Origin: an uncultured Bdellovibrionales bacterium
GTDB taxonomy: Bacteria; Patescibacteriota; Minisyncoccia; Moranbacterales; UBA1568
Direction of reading: 5' to 3'
Length of the DNA stretch: 54,081 nt
Assembly (NCBI GenBank): GCA_964404075.1
Contig: CAYOIM010000001.1
Coordinates: 1-54,081 of the forward strand
In this document: positions 43,478-53,932 of the stretch, one piece after another
Layout of the letters: each line of letters begins with the position of its first letter
Position numbering within the stretch: position 1 is the first letter of the stretch
Notes under the pieces: model-generated
The model's input: only the letters and a program-made list of their open reading frames with translations
Told to the model about the DNA's origin: nothing
The model's database searches: none
Position numbers and translations under genes: made by a program

Positions 43478-44473
43478 CTAGCGGGAGACGACCGTCACCA
43501 TTTCCACCAGCCGATTCGCATATCCCCATTCATTATCATACCACGCGATCACCTTGACGAGATCCCCATCCACGACTTTCGTCAGCGAGAGATCGACGAT
43601 GCCCGAATGCGGATTCCCGATGAAGTCCGTCGAGACGAGGGGCTCCGTCGTGACCGCAAGGACGCCGGCGTACCGCGCTTCCTTCGATGCCGCCTCGAGA
43701 ACGGCATTCAATTCCTCGACCGTCGTTTTCTTCTTGAGGAGAAAAGTGAAGTCCGTCACGGAGACGACGATGGTCGGCACGCGGAAAGACAATCCGTCGA
43801 ACATCCCGGCGAGCTCCGGAATCACCTTCGTGACCGATATGGCGGCACCGGTCGTCGTCGGCACGATATTCTGTCCGGCGGCACGGGCGCGGCGGAGATC
43901 ACGATGCGGCGCATCCTGCAGATTCTGATCCGCGGTATAGGAATGCGTCGTCGTCATGAGCGCCTTCCCGATGCCGAATTTCTCATGGATCACCTTCGCG
44001 ACCGGCGCGAGACAATTCGTGGTGCACGAGGCATTGGAGATGATCGCTTCGCCTTGATACTCATCGTCATTCACCCCGCGGAGATAGGTCCTGATCTCAC
44101 CCTCATCCTTGGCAGGAGCGGAGAGGATGATTTTCTTCCCTCCCGCCTCGACATGCGCCATCGCCTTGCCATCATTGAATCTCCCCGTACACTCGAGGAC
44201 GACATCGACGCCGAGATCTCTCCAGGGCAATTTCTTCGGATCCGGCTCACTATAGACCGGATACGGCTTCCCATCGATGACGATCGCCTTCTCTTCGCCA
44301 CGGACGGATCGCCGGTAGGTGCCATACGCCGTATCGTACTTGAGAAGATGCGCGAGTGTCGCTGCGTCCGTGAGATCATTGATCGCGACCACCTCCATAT
44401 CGCTCCGTTCAAGGATGATTTTCAAGGCCGCCCGACCGATCCGCCCGAACCCGTTGATTGCTATTCTCACCAT
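43478..44473 (-). CDS. gap: Glyceraldehyde-3-phosphate dehydrogenase
   Basis: MVRIAINGFGRIGR and active site SNASCTTNCLAP. Confidence 0.95.
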   Translation of the reverse strand: MVRIAINGFGRIGRAALKIILERSDMEVVAINDLTDAATLAHLLKYDTAYGTYRRSVRGEEKAIVIDGKPYPVYSEPDPKKLPWRDLGVDVVLECTGRFNDGKAMAHVEAGGKKIILSAPAKDEGEIRTYLRGVNDDEYQGEAIISNASCTTNCLAPVAKVIHEKFGIGKALMTTTHSYTADQNLQDAPHRDLRRARAAGQNIVPTTTGAAISVTKVIPELAGMFDGLSFRVPTIVVSVTDFTFLLKKKTTVEELNAVLEAASKEARYAGVLAVTTEPLVSTDFIGNPHSGIVDLSLTKVVDGDLVKVIAWYDNEWGYANRLVEMVTVVSR

Positions 44474-44578
44474 ACGATAAAAATTATATGTTTATTTATA
44501 TTATAAAAAAATTTCTTCAATTGCTCTCTATTATAGTTTTGAAAAATTCGATATTTGAAATTTGGCATTCGGTATTTT

Positions 44579-45436
44579 CTAGGCCTTCCCTTCTCCCCCA
44601 TACATCCGTATCTTCATCTTCACCACATTCGAGACCTCGCTCTTCGCCCCCTCGAGGAGACGGCGGATGTCGGTCTCATCATGCTCCTCGAGGTGCTCTT
44701 TGATCGCGCCGATGAAGGCGAGACGGATGGATGTGTCCACATTGAAACAGCTAATCCCCATGCCGATCACCTTCTTCACGCGTTCCTCACTCCAATCCGA
44801 TGAGCCATGGAGAATGAGCGGTACGGATACCTTCTCGACGATCGCCTGTAGACGGTCGTAATCCGGCACCTCCCGTTCCTTGAAAAACCCGTGCGCATTG
44901 CCGATGGCGACCGCCAGCGTATCGATGCCGGTCCGCTCCACGAATTCCGCCGCCTGCTCCGGATCCGTCATATAATTGTCCCAGTTGATCGAATCCATAT
45001 TGACCTCCCCGAGATACGGGACATTGCCGAGTTCCGCCTGCACCGTAATGCCACGCAGATGCGCGAGCTCCACGATCTTCCTCGTCGTCATCACATTGTC
45101 GGCATACTCTTTCCGCGAACCGTCGTACATCACCGAAGGAAATCCGATTTCCATAGCGCGCTCCACCACCTCGAAACTCTTGCCATGATCGAGATGGATA
45201 CCAACCGGGATTTCCGGCGCGTACATTTCCGCCATGTTTTTTATCAATTGGAAAATGGCGCGACCGCCGGCATAATCGAAGGTCTTCTCCGTCACCTGGA
45301 GAATCACCGGGGATTTCATTTCCCTGGCGGCGAGCACGATGCCGCGCGTCGTCTCGAGGTTCACGGTATTGAAAGCGCCCACAGCATATCCCCCCGTACG
45401 AGCTTTCTCCAACATCTCCAGCACATTCGTTATCAT
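44579..45436 (-). CDS. fba: Class II fructose-bisphosphate aldolase
   Basis: GGYAVGAFNTVNLETTRGIVLAAREMKSPVILQV, HLDHG, ILHGSS. Confidence 0.9.
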   Translation of the reverse strand: MITNVLEMLEKARTGGYAVGAFNTVNLETTRGIVLAAREMKSPVILQVTEKTFDYAGGRAIFQLIKNMAEMYAPEIPVGIHLDHGKSFEVVERAMEIGFPSVMYDGSRKEYADNVMTTRKIVELAHLRGITVQAELGNVPYLGEVNMDSINWDNYMTDPEQAAEFVERTGIDTLAVAIGNAHGFFKEREVPDYDRLQAIVEKVSVPLILHGSSDWSEERVKKVIGMGISCFNVDTSIRLAFIGAIKEHLEEHDETDIRRLLEGAKSEVSNVVKMKIRMYGGEGKA

Positions 45437-45461
45437 ACTCCTCTGCTCCTATTATTGATTA

Positions 45462-46241
45462 TCACGACTCAGGACTTTCCGCGGATACGGAAAGCGTTTC
45501 CGCCATCTTCGTCATCTCGTACGGGAAAAGGCTCTCTCTCCCGACCAGGACACCGTCCATTCCGGCATCGAGACATACTCTCGAGAGGAGCGCCTGTTTG
45601 ACGGAACCTCCGTAGAGAACCGACACCCTGTCTGCCGTCCGAAGATCGAATATCTGCGCCAATACTTTCCGGATAAGTATCCGTACCTCCATAATGTCAG
45701 CCGTCTCCGGAGTCGTATCCGTACCGATCGCCCACCGCGGCTCATACGCGATCACGATCTTCTCCGCCTGCATCCGGGAGAGTCCTTCGAAAATAGATCG
45801 GGTACATCGCTCGATGACCGCGCCTGTCTGTCCGGCCGCGCGCTCATCCCGGGTCTCGCCGATACACACCACCGGCCGGAGCATCTGACGCAATGCCGTG
45901 TCCATCTTCCTGCGCACGATCGCATCCGTCTCTCCGCAATAGAGCCGCCGCTCGCTATGACCGAGGATGACGAATTCCGCACCGTATTGCTTCAGCATGA
46001 TCGGAGAAGTCTCCCCCGTATAGGAGCCTTCCTTCTCCCAGAATGCATCCTGCCCCCCGAGCTTCACTGTCTTCGGCAGATGCCCGGACATGAGTCCGAA
46101 ATGGATACTTGGCGGACAAAGTACATACTCGACATGCGGAAAGAGATGCCCTTTCGTCTCGCGCGCGAGCACCGTCAAATACTGCCGGACATCCTCCGGC
46201 GAGAGGAGATTCATTTTCAGATTGCCGATGAGATATTTCAT
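45462..46241 (-). CDS. tpiA: Triosephosphate isomerase
   Basis: ORF 45462..46313, trimmed to ATG 46241 (MKYLIGNLKMN). ILGHSERR, AYEPRWAIGT, YGGSV. Confidence 0.9.
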   Translation of the reverse strand: MKYLIGNLKMNLLSPEDVRQYLTVLARETKGHLFPHVEYVLCPPSIHFGLMSGHLPKTVKLGGQDAFWEKEGSYTGETSPIMLKQYGAEFVILGHSERRLYCGETDAIVRRKMDTALRQMLRPVVCIGETRDERAAGQTGAVIERCTRSIFEGLSRMQAEKIVIAYEPRWAIGTDTTPETADIMEVRILIRKVLAQIFDLRTADRVSVLYGGSVKQALLSRVCLDAGMDGVLVGRESLFPYEMTKMAETLSVSAESPES

Positions 46242-46286
46242 GAGGAAGGAAGTGATGGATGAGAGGATAGAAAGTAGAGAGTGGTA

Positions 46287-46337
46287 TTTTTTACAACGGA
46301 CGCACCACTCCAAAAGCGAAGCGACCGTTATAAAAAA
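46287..46337. repeat. ACAGCGG-type palindromic (REP-like) element
   Basis: TTTTTTACAACGGACGCACCACTCCAAAAGCGAAGCGACCGTTATAAAAAA, 46 nt upstream of the tpiA ATG. Confidence 0.8.
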
Positions 46338-46347
46338 TGAGGAGTGT

Positions 46348-47367
46348 CTATAGCTGTTCGCGCAGGAATGCCGCCGCCTTCTCCGGCTCTATCGTGGAAA
46401 TCTCTATGCCCGTCGAAAGCTCGAACCCCGCCCAGGTCGCGGTCTTGGGCAGAATTTCGATATGCCACTGATAGTGCGGATAATCCCGGCCATCGCATGG
46501 CGCCGTATGGATATAGAAATTATATGCCGGATCCGAGAGCCCCTGATACAGGGAAAACATCGCTTTCTGGAAAACTTCCGCGAGAGAAAATTTCTGCTCA
46601 TCGGTGATGCGCTCGAAATACGGACTCCCCTCCCGCTTCGCCGTCACCCACACCTCGAAAGCGGACCGTGAAGCGAACGGACAGAACGCGATGAAATCGC
46701 TGTTCTCATACACGATGCGCGATTTTTCTTCCCGCTCACGATCCACCATCACCTGATACACTTTCTTCCGGTGGCTCCGATAATACAGTTCCGCACCGGA
46801 GAGTTCGCCCTGGATATACGGCGACACGACCGGTATCGCCATGAGCTGAGAATGGGGATGCGCGATAGAAGCGCCGGCCTCCTTGCCGTGATTGTGGAGG
46901 ATCTGGATATAGTTGACGCTCTTCTTATTCATGAGATCGAGATAGCGGCTCTGATACGCATCGAAAACTTCCGCGATCTGCCATTGCGGAAGGAGGGCGA
47001 ACGACTTCACCGGATCATGCGTCACGATAAGCTCGTGATACCCCACCCCGGACATGGCGAAATACGGACCATCGGAGAGGTCCTTCACCGCCCGCCCCCT
47101 CGTAAAAGCCGGGTATTTGTTTGGAAAGACGCGCACACTCCATTTCCCGTCCGGCAAACGGTAGATGAGGATATCCTTCTCCTGACCGCTCTCATCGGGA
47201 TCGGCAAAAGGATCATCCGGGTCGGCATCTTCCGCCCGCTTGCCAGCGGACGCGAACTCATCCGGCCGTTTCGCACGACCAGTCGCGATGACGACCCAAT
47301 CCCCCGTCACGATATCCTGACGGAGCTCGGATTCATAGCTTGCTGTTGTCTTTTTTTCCTCCTCCAC
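46348..47367 (-). CDS. galT: Galactose-1-phosphate uridylyltransferase-like HIT-family protein
   Basis: His-Pro-His active-site region ASIAHPHSQLMA and a duplicated HIT-like fold length. I did not see the N-terminal Zn CxxC motif of classical GalT, so substrate specificity is uncertain. Confidence 0.7.
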   Translation of the reverse strand: MEEEKKTTASYESELRQDIVTGDWVVIATGRAKRPDEFASAGKRAEDADPDDPFADPDESGQEKDILIYRLPDGKWSVRVFPNKYPAFTRGRAVKDLSDGPYFAMSGVGYHELIVTHDPVKSFALLPQWQIAEVFDAYQSRYLDLMNKKSVNYIQILHNHGKEAGASIAHPHSQLMAIPVVSPYIQGELSGAELYYRSHRKKVYQVMVDREREEKSRIVYENSDFIAFCPFASRSAFEVWVTAKREGSPYFERITDEQKFSLAEVFQKAMFSLYQGLSDPAYNFYIHTAPCDGRDYPHYQWHIEILPKTATWAGFELSTGIEISTIEPEKAAAFLREQL

Positions 47368-47395
47368 ACGCTTTTATTATTGTTTTCTGCGCCGT

Positions 47396-48166
47396 TCAAT
47401 GTTCTTGTATCGGTTTCCTTCCCGCGGATATATGATACGCTCCGGTCCAGATACGAAGCCGCGTCTTGAACAGATCGATGAACACCCGGATGTATCCGTT
47501 CGGTCCGAAGAGATTCACCGTCGATCCCTCCTCGTTCAACCATCGGACCGGCATCTGTTTCACAACATAGCCCAATCGCTCGGCAAGGGTGATGAACTCA
47601 AAATCGAAGCCGAACCGATCGACGACCATCCGGCTCGCGACCGCGTCCGCCGCCTCGCCGCGGATGACCTTGAAGCCGCACTGGGTATCCGGATACCGCC
47701 ACAATCCGAGCACGATACGGATCACCCAATTCCCCATATCACCGAACCATTCCCGCCACTTCGGCTGATGCACGGTGATCTGTGAATCGCTATGATCCCG
47801 AGACCCGATCACGACATCGAACCCCTTCTCGAATTCCGGGAGGAACGCGTCGAGATGGGTAATGGAAGTCGATCCGTCGGCATCGAGGAACAGCCGGTAT
47901 TCCCCTCTTCCTTCGAGCAATCCCTGCCGCACGACGAACCCCTTGCCGTGATTCTCCGGATTCTCGATGACGCGGAGATTCGCCACCTGATGCGCGTAAT
48001 TCCGCGCCACTTCCGCGGTATTGTCGGGTGACCCGTCGACGATGACGATGATTTCGTAACTGTAATTCTTCGCGCGGAGATACTTGTCGATCTCGATCAG
48101 ATTCCGCCCGATCCGCTCCCCCTCCTTGTATGCGGGAATAAGGACACTCAGATAGGGTTGTTCCAT
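47396..48166 (-). CDS. Glycosyltransferase family 2 (polyprenyl-phosphate sugar synthase-like)
   Basis: LSVLIPAYKEGERIGRNL...YEIIVIVDGSPDNTAEV...FLDADGS. Confidence 0.85.
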   Translation of the reverse strand: MEQPYLSVLIPAYKEGERIGRNLIEIDKYLRAKNYSYEIIVIVDGSPDNTAEVARNYAHQVANLRVIENPENHGKGFVVRQGLLEGRGEYRLFLDADGSTSITHLDAFLPEFEKGFDVVIGSRDHSDSQITVHQPKWREWFGDMGNWVIRIVLGLWRYPDTQCGFKVIRGEAADAVASRMVVDRFGFDFEFITLAERLGYVVKQMPVRWLNEEGSTVNLFGPNGYIRVFIDLFKTRLRIWTGAYHISAGRKPIQEH

Positions 48167-48316
48167 ACAGGACTCTCAGGAGTTACACTTCCATTGTACC
48201 ATAAAAACAATGGCTAGATAATAGATACTAGATGGTAGATAATAGAACACAAAAAACAGAGGGCACTGTTTCTGTACTTTTTCCTCATCTAATATCCAAC
48301 ATCCATTATCTACTAT

Positions 48317-48781
48317 CTACTCTCCAATATCTGTCTCCTTGTCCATGTACGACTGTAGGATGATTCGGGCGGCCTCGGCATCGTCGTGCCTGCCGACATG
48401 CTTCTCGCCCCGCTCGATCAGATTCGCCTGTGCCATCTTGGTCGTGAACGACTCATCCTGATAGACGATACGGATGTCCGGAAGCTTCTCGATGATGAGC
48501 TTCCCGAGTTTCTCACCATCATACTCCGTTTCTTCGCGATTCACATGCGACGGTCCGCCCGCATTGCTTCGCAAAGCGTTTCGGGCAGGAATCCCGATCA
48601 CGACCGTCCCGACATCCTCGAGCTCGATGATATTTTTCAGATTTGAAAGGAAGAAGTCATCATTTTTCAGCGTCGAATACGCCAAAGCGACGCCCGTCTC
48701 CGCATGCGCCAAAGCGATACCCACCTTGGAGGAACCCCAATCAATACCTAAGTAGTTTCTTTCACTTCCCATACAGTCCAA
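48317..48781 (-). CDS. ruvX: YqgF/RuvX-family putative pre-16S rRNA nuclease
   Basis: YLGIDWGSSKVGIALAH..., DESFTTKMA. Confidence 0.8.
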   Translation of the reverse strand: MDCMGSERNYLGIDWGSSKVGIALAHAETGVALAYSTLKNDDFFLSNLKNIIELEDVGTVVIGIPARNALRSNAGGPSHVNREETEYDGEKLGKLIIEKLPDIRIVYQDESFTTKMAQANLIERGEKHVGRHDDAEAARIILQSYMDKETDIGE

Positions 48782-48916
48782 AAAAATCTCAAATTCAAAA
48801 TAACAAGCTCCAAATAAATTCCAAAATGCTCAATACAAAATCTTAAACTTTTTTGTCTGATTTTTTGAAATTGTAATTTGCAGTTTATTTGGAAATTGAG
48901 ATTTTATATTTTGCAT

Positions 48917-49690
48917 TTATAATCTCGTGATTATTTCCGCTCCCTCCTTCGTAATGATCACCGTATCCTCGAAATGCGCGGAAAGCGAACCATCGGCCGT
49001 GACGAAAGTCCACTGGTCGGGTCCGAGCTGAACTTCCCAACCTCCAGCATTGATCATCGGCTCGAATGCGACCGCCATTCCTTCGATAAACGAAAATCCC
49101 GGGACACTCTTCGTCACATAATTCGCGATCTGCGGTTCCTCATGCAATTCCCGCCCCACGCCATGACCGACGAGGTCCCGCACCGGGAGGAATCCATCCC
49201 GCTTCACGCGATCCTCCACCGCTCGGGCATAGTCGATCATCTTCGACCCGGGGCGAAGGGTCGCGATGCCGGCATCGAGCGACTCCCTCGTCGCGACGAG
49301 GAGCTTCATCGCTTCATCCGATACCTGCCCCACGGCGAAAGTTCGCGCCATATCCGACACCATGCCCTCATACCGCATGCCGATATCCATCTTGAACAGA
49401 TCCCCCTCCTTCAGGATGCGATCACGACTTGGAATGCCGTGCACCACTTCTTCATTGATAGAGGCACAGATCGTCGCCGGGAACGGTGTCCCATGACCAT
49501 ACCCTTTGAAAATAGGAGTGCCGCCAATTTCCGTAATCCATTGCTCCGCGAGTGCATCGAGTTCCCCCGTCGAAATACCGGGTCGAATGCGCTCTGCGAG
49601 GCGCTCCACGATCCTCGCCATCTCCCGCCCGGAGTTCCGCAAGCGATTCAATTCATCATCGGTTTTCTTCCAATCCTGTTTCATAAACAA
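48917..49690 (-). CDS. map: Type I methionine aminopeptidase
   Basis: VVHGIPS..., DIGMRYEGMVSDMARTF, GHGVGRELHEEP, AFEPM. Confidence 0.9.
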   Translation of the reverse strand: MFMKQDWKKTDDELNRLRNSGREMARIVERLAERIRPGISTGELDALAEQWITEIGGTPIFKGYGHGTPFPATICASINEEVVHGIPSRDRILKEGDLFKMDIGMRYEGMVSDMARTFAVGQVSDEAMKLLVATRESLDAGIATLRPGSKMIDYARAVEDRVKRDGFLPVRDLVGHGVGRELHEEPQIANYVTKSVPGFSFIEGMAVAFEPMINAGGWEVQLGPDQWTFVTADGSLSAHFEDTVIITKEGAEIITRL

Positions 49691-49727
49691 TCCCTACCAT
49701 TTACATCTCTTTCCTCAACTCTATTCT

Positions 49728-50393
49728 CTATTTCCTCATCTCTTCCATATTCGCTTCAATCTGCTGAAAAATTTCTTCCGCCGGTCGCGTCCCATCCACG
49801 CGAATCAGCTTGCCGAGCTCATCGAAATGCCGTATCACCGGTTCCGTATCCTCATGGAATATCCGCCACCGATTCTCGACGCCCGCCGGCGTATCGTCTT
49901 TCCTCTGCACCAATTTTCCGCCGCATTTGAAGCACGGCTCGGCATGATCTTCCGGATGCATACCGCTGACGAATTTCTCCCCGCATTGTTCACAATTGAA
50001 TCGGCGCGAGATGCGGTCGATCGACACTTCTTTCGGCAGGTCGATGAACACGACGCCGTCGATGGTGCGACCATATTCCACGAGGATATCGGTGACCTCC
50101 TTAATCTGACTCTCCCGCCTCGGTGCGCCGTCGAGGACGATGCCCTTCGCGGGATCCGCCTTCGCCAGCGCCCTGCCGAGCGCCTGTTTCACCACCGCAT
50201 CGGAGGTCAATTCCTTGGTCACATAAATCGTCTGATAGACTTCTCTCCCGAGAGGAGAATCCTCGCTCGCGATGAGCCGAAGCTCGCCACCCACATCGAT
50301 ATGGGTCAGCGAGAGTCGCGACTTGAAAAAGTCCGCCTGGGTGCTCTTGCCGCTCCCCGGCGGCCCGAGTAGAATATAGTTTTTTCTCTCCAT
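49728..50393 (-). CDS. adk: Adenylate kinase (Zn-lid type)
   Basis: P-loop LLGPPGSGKSTQ. Lid CEQCGEKF...CFKCGGKLVQRKDD. Confidence 0.9.
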   Translation of the reverse strand: MERKNYILLGPPGSGKSTQADFFKSRLSLTHIDVGGELRLIASEDSPLGREVYQTIYVTKELTSDAVVKQALGRALAKADPAKGIVLDGAPRRESQIKEVTDILVEYGRTIDGVVFIDLPKEVSIDRISRRFNCEQCGEKFVSGMHPEDHAEPCFKCGGKLVQRKDDTPAGVENRWRIFHEDTEPVIRHFDELGKLIRVDGTRPAEEIFQQIEANMEEMRK

Positions 50394-50450
50394 AAAAGAA
50401 TATTGGATATCAACGAGTGACAGAAATTATGTATACCACGAACAATGAGT

Positions 50451-51074
50451 TCAATCAATGCCAGATGCCTTCCGCCAGACACCGCGCGAGAGAAAGAAAA
50501 CGCCCGTCGCGAAAATCGCCCCGAGGGTATCCGCGAGCATATCTTTCTGCGCGTCCCAGATATCTCCCTGACTCCCGAGATACGCCATGGCTGATGCGAC
50601 ATCCGCCGATGAACCCGCGGCATACCACCATTCGATCAGCTCGTAGCTCATCGCGATCGTCGCGATCGCAAATACCGGATAGGTGAACAAGAGGAATTTG
50701 TTCGCTACGAGACGCTTTTCCCAGATCCATTCCGCCATCGCGAACGCATAGAATCCGACGGTGAAATGCGCGATGCGGTCATAATGATTCCGCTCGAACC
50801 CGAAGAGATCCGAGAGCCAGTCGAATGGCACGAGCGCGAAAGTATAATGCCCCCCGATGGTATGGAGAAAGATAAGCACGAACATGAAGGCATACGCCAG
50901 ATTGGAAAACCGCACTCCACGCCGATAGAGGAAGAGGATGACCGCGAGGATGATCCACACGGTCAGATTCTCCGCGAACCATACCGTGCGATCGACCGGA
51001 TCGACGGCAAGCACGAGGCAGAGCGCGGCATAGGCTCCGAGGAGCAGAAACAAAAACCTGGAGGTGTTTTGCAT
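50451..51074 (-). CDS. DUF2238 (YjdF-like) membrane protein
   Basis: Polytopic. FLHTIGGHYTFALVPF...ERNHYDRIAHF fits the DUF2238 pattern. Confidence 0.7.
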   Translation of the reverse strand: MQNTSRFLFLLLGAYAALCLVLAVDPVDRTVWFAENLTVWIILAVILFLYRRGVRFSNLAYAFMFVLIFLHTIGGHYTFALVPFDWLSDLFGFERNHYDRIAHFTVGFYAFAMAEWIWEKRLVANKFLLFTYPVFAIATIAMSYELIEWWYAAGSSADVASAMAYLGSQGDIWDAQKDMLADTLGAIFATGVFFLSRGVWRKASGID

Positions 51075-51203
51075 ACGATAATAAAAAAAGAAGAATTAAG
51101 GATGATTCAAAAAATCAGCAAAAACAAACGCATCCCCACGGATGAAACAATCACTCAACTCACTGCTCCATCTCCTACTATACCGCTCATCGGAAAAAGA
51201 AAC

Positions 51204-51234
51204 AAAAAAAACCGCCCCGACGAAAGCCGGGGCG
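51204..51234 (-). terminator. Intrinsic terminator of cspA
   Basis: The minus strand reads CGCCCCG-GCTTTCGT-CGGGGCG followed by TTTTTTTT. Confidence 0.8.
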
Positions 51235-51250
51235 ATTCTTTCTGCAGCAC

Positions 51251-51454
51251 TTATGCCGCTACGAGCGACACATTGACGGCCGCCGGTCCTTTTTCACCCT
51301 GAACAACCTCGAAAGTGACGACATCGCCGACTTTCAAAGAATCATAGGTGACTCCGACCAGTTCTTTCGAATGGAAGAAGAGATCCTTCTCGACGCCTTC
51401 GCGCGAGATGAATCCGAATCCGCGATCCGTAAGGGTCTTGATAGTTCCTTGCAT
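51251..51454 (-). CDS. cspA: Cold-shock protein (CspA family)
   Basis: MQGTIKTLTDRGFGFISREG...DLFFH: RNP1/RNP2 motifs, 67 aa. Confidence 0.95.
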   Translation of the reverse strand: MQGTIKTLTDRGFGFISREGVEKDLFFHSKELVGVTYDSLKVGDVVTFEVVQGEKGPAAVNVSLVAA

Positions 51455-51545
51455 AGAATTCGCTTGGGGTTACTTATAACGAGAAGCTCGACACTATTTC
51501 TTCTGTGCTCCGAGAAAGGGCTTGCGCCCTCGCTAACACCCCTCC

Positions 51546-51574
51546 ACTCTAGCGCAAAAAAGGTCTTTTGTCAA
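51546..51574 (-). promoter_or_regulatory. cspA promoter candidate followed by a ~90-nt 5' UTR
   Basis: The minus strand reads TTGACA (51574-51569), 17 nt, TAGAGT (51551-51546). A long leader is typical of csp genes. Confidence 0.55.
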
Positions 51575-51614
51575 TCCAGCACCTTTTGAGCACTTTTATC
51601 CCTTGATAAAGGGA

Positions 51615-52070
51615 TTATTCCGTCGTCACGCCGTCGAACTCCGGCTCATCCGCCATCGCTTCCGCCTTGGTCGCCCGTACCACGCCATCCTGGTGATGTG
51701 ATGGCGCATAGATGGTATACAGCCGAAGCGCATCGGTCTCGGAGGTATTGATCACATTGTGCTGTGCCCCCGCTGGCACGATGACACTGTCGCCATCCCC
51801 GACACGGTACTCCGTCTCGTTCACGATGACCTTCCCCTCTCCCCGTTCGAAACGAAAGAATTGATCACCATCCTCGTGCACCTCGAGACCGATCTCTTCG
51901 CCCGGCTTCAAGGTCATGAGGACGAGTTGCAGATGCTGTGCGGTATAAAGCACCTCCCGGAAATGCTCATTCTCCAAAGTGAGCTGTTCGACATTCCCCT
52001 TGTATCCTTTTTTCATATGATTGCGGGTTATGAGATTACACTCCTTACATTCAGTATACAGCTTTTTCAC
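51615..52070 (-). CDS. Cupin-domain protein
   Basis: GEEIGLEVHEDGDQFFRFERGEGKVIVNETEYRVGDGDSVIVPAGAQHNVIN is a cupin_2 double motif. The tracked start is GTG, overlapping the upstream stop. The alternative ATG is at 52016. Confidence 0.7.
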   Translation of the reverse strand: MKKLYTECKECNLITRNHMKKGYKGNVEQLTLENEHFREVLYTAQHLQLVLMTLKPGEEIGLEVHEDGDQFFRFERGEGKVIVNETEYRVGDGDSVIVPAGAQHNVINTSETDALRLYTIYAPSHHQDGVVRATKAEAMADEPEFDGVTTE

Positions 52071-52453
52071 CCCTCGAACTCCCGGTCATGCTCTATCTTC
52101 GCACGCCAGGCGATGAAGTTGACGAAACCGTAGAGGGAGAGCGCGATGATGAGGAAGGATTGCCGATCCTCCGACGTCTGCACGGGCATGTGACTCATGA
52201 GGAATATCGTGAGGATGAAGGAGAAGAGCGGGAGGAGTATATCCATCTTCGCATTCGCCGGCGTCTCATGGATCCGGACATGCCGCTCGAAATATTCCCA
52301 GAGGAGAGCGATGCCGAGCGTCGCGACAAATGAGAGCGGTACCGACCACGAGAACACCAATGCCGAGAGTGCGATGACCACCCCGAACAGGAAATGCGGT
52401 ATCGACCACCAATCGAGACTCTTCTTCGAATACCAGTAGTATATTTGTTTCAT
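52067..52453 (-). CDS. Hypothetical small membrane protein
   Basis: ORF 52067..52495, trimmed to ATG 52453 (MKQIYYWYSKK) because 52458-52556 still reads as the rhuM remnant. Three or four hydrophobic helices. Confidence 0.55.
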   Translation of the reverse strand: MKQIYYWYSKKSLDWWSIPHFLFGVVIALSALVFSWSVPLSFVATLGIALLWEYFERHVRIHETPANAKMDILLPLFSFILTIFLMSHMPVQTSEDRQSFLIIALSLYGFVNFIAWRAKIEHDREFEG

Positions 52454-52457
52454 GTCC

Positions 52458-52892
52458 CTATTGTACATCATTTTCCAACGCCTGCCCGCCCTCATTCAGG
52501 CGCTCATCATTCATCACGAAACCCTTCACGATATATTCTCGTAATTTCTGCGTCGCCTATATGCGGAATTGCGTACCTCTATGGGACTTCACTCGGTATC
52601 CGACAGAAATAATAACATCGAGGTTATAGAAATTTACGCTATATGCCTTTCCATCCGACGCAGTATGCTGGGACTTCCGGCATACTGAATTTTCCACTAA
52701 TTCCCCCTCTTTAAAGACATTTCCTATATGTTCAGTGATCGTTTTTCTATCCTTCTGAAATAATTCTGCCATCTGCTTTTGACTCAGCCAGACGGTCTCA
52801 CCCTCGAGACTTCCCTCGATCTCCATCTCCCCATCCGCAGATACATAGAGCAAAATATTATTCTTATTTTCATCATCCCTTGTATTGCTCAT
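52458..52892 (-). pseudogene. rhuM: RhuM-family gene remnant (in-frame amber plus 3' truncation)
   Basis: From ATG 52892: MSNTRDDENKNNILLYVSADGEMEIEG...WLSQKQMAELFQKDRKTITEHIGNVFKEGEL...FYNLDVIISVGYRVKSHRGTQFRI, then TAG (52559-52557) where RhuM proteins have Trp. The frame continues ATQKLREYIVKGFVMNDERLNEGG and ends at 52460-52458. About 145 of the ~330 expected residues remain. Confidence 0.75.
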
Positions 52893-53038
52893 TTCTTTAT
52901 GTTTACACAAATTACATAGAGAATGATACAACAACACACGAAAACATGTCAAACCTGGTATATAAAAAACGCCCTTCTGCCGGAAGCAAAAGGGCTTGGT
53001 TTTGACAGCTGAGCGAGTCCGCGACTCAATACAGCTTT

Positions 53039-53926
53039 TCATTTTTCTTGATGTTCAATACCAATTTTCCAAACACCTTTTTCCAGAAAAGCTTCGACTG
53101 TTTGACGAGTCGCCTTGTTGATGAGATTCGAATGCGACAACTTCTTTTCCTTGGCATATTCAGCCAGTGTGACAATCTTCTTATCCTCCAAATAGGCCAG
53201 CCTTTTGTGATAGCTATTCGTCAGTGCTTTTCCAACTATTTCCTCCATAATATCGGTTGCGCCATTCAAATCAAAATCCCGAAAAGCCGTATAGTAGCTT
53301 TGCCGATCAATAAATTTTATATTTATCGGCACAAATCCCTCCCGAATGAGCAAGTAATTATTCAGTACCCGTCCGATCCGGCCATTACCATCACAAAAAG
53401 GATGCGTATGCTCAAAAACGAGATGCAACCTCGCTATGCGCCGAATGATATTTTCATGACTGGTAGCATTATATTCGGAGAGCATTTTTTCCAAACGCTC
53501 GACAACCTCCCTTGGATGCGGAGCGATATGACTACCGACACGAACAAACTCATTTTCCGCTCTGAATCTTCCCGCAATATCATCGCGGATATTGGAAATG
53601 AGCATTTTATGAAGCATGAGAATGACCGAAAGCGCGAGTTCTTGCTCCTTGGCTTTTTTATCGATATACGAAACAACTCGAGCCAAATTCTTGGCTTCAA
53701 AAATTTCTCGCTCGCTGATGAATCGATCCAGGTCAATCTGCAATAGTATTTTCTCCGTTTCCTCAAGAGTAAGCGTGCTATTTTCGATAGCATTGGAGTT
53801 ATACACCTGCTCAGCTACTTCTGCTTCGGAAATAAGTCCAATAAGCGCCTCTTTTCCAGTAAAGGCTTTGTAATATCGCTCGCGCAAAGAGCTTATTTTA
53901 TTGTAGACATTTAGTATTTTTGCCAT
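53039..53926 (-). CDS. fic: Fic-domain protein (AMPylase-type motif, N-terminal inhibitory motif)
   Basis: The canonical HPFCDGNGRIGR matches HxFx(D/E)GNGRxxR. The upstream SNAIEN matches the (S/T)xxxE(G/N) auto-inhibitory helix motif. Confidence 0.9.
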   Translation of the reverse strand: MAKILNVYNKISSLRERYYKAFTGKEALIGLISEAEVAEQVYNSNAIENSTLTLEETEKILLQIDLDRFISEREIFEAKNLARVVSYIDKKAKEQELALSVILMLHKMLISNIRDDIAGRFRAENEFVRVGSHIAPHPREVVERLEKMLSEYNATSHENIIRRIARLHLVFEHTHPFCDGNGRIGRVLNNYLLIREGFVPINIKFIDRQSYYTAFRDFDLNGATDIMEEIVGKALTNSYHKRLAYLEDKKIVTLAEYAKEKKLSHSNLINKATRQTVEAFLEKGVWKIGIEHQEK

Positions 53927-53932
53927 AGGCGT

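Noticed and set aside
51598-51615. The hairpin ATCCCTT-GATA-AAGGGAT at the cupin stop codon as an intrinsic terminator.
   Set aside because: No U-tract follows on the transcribed (minus) strand.
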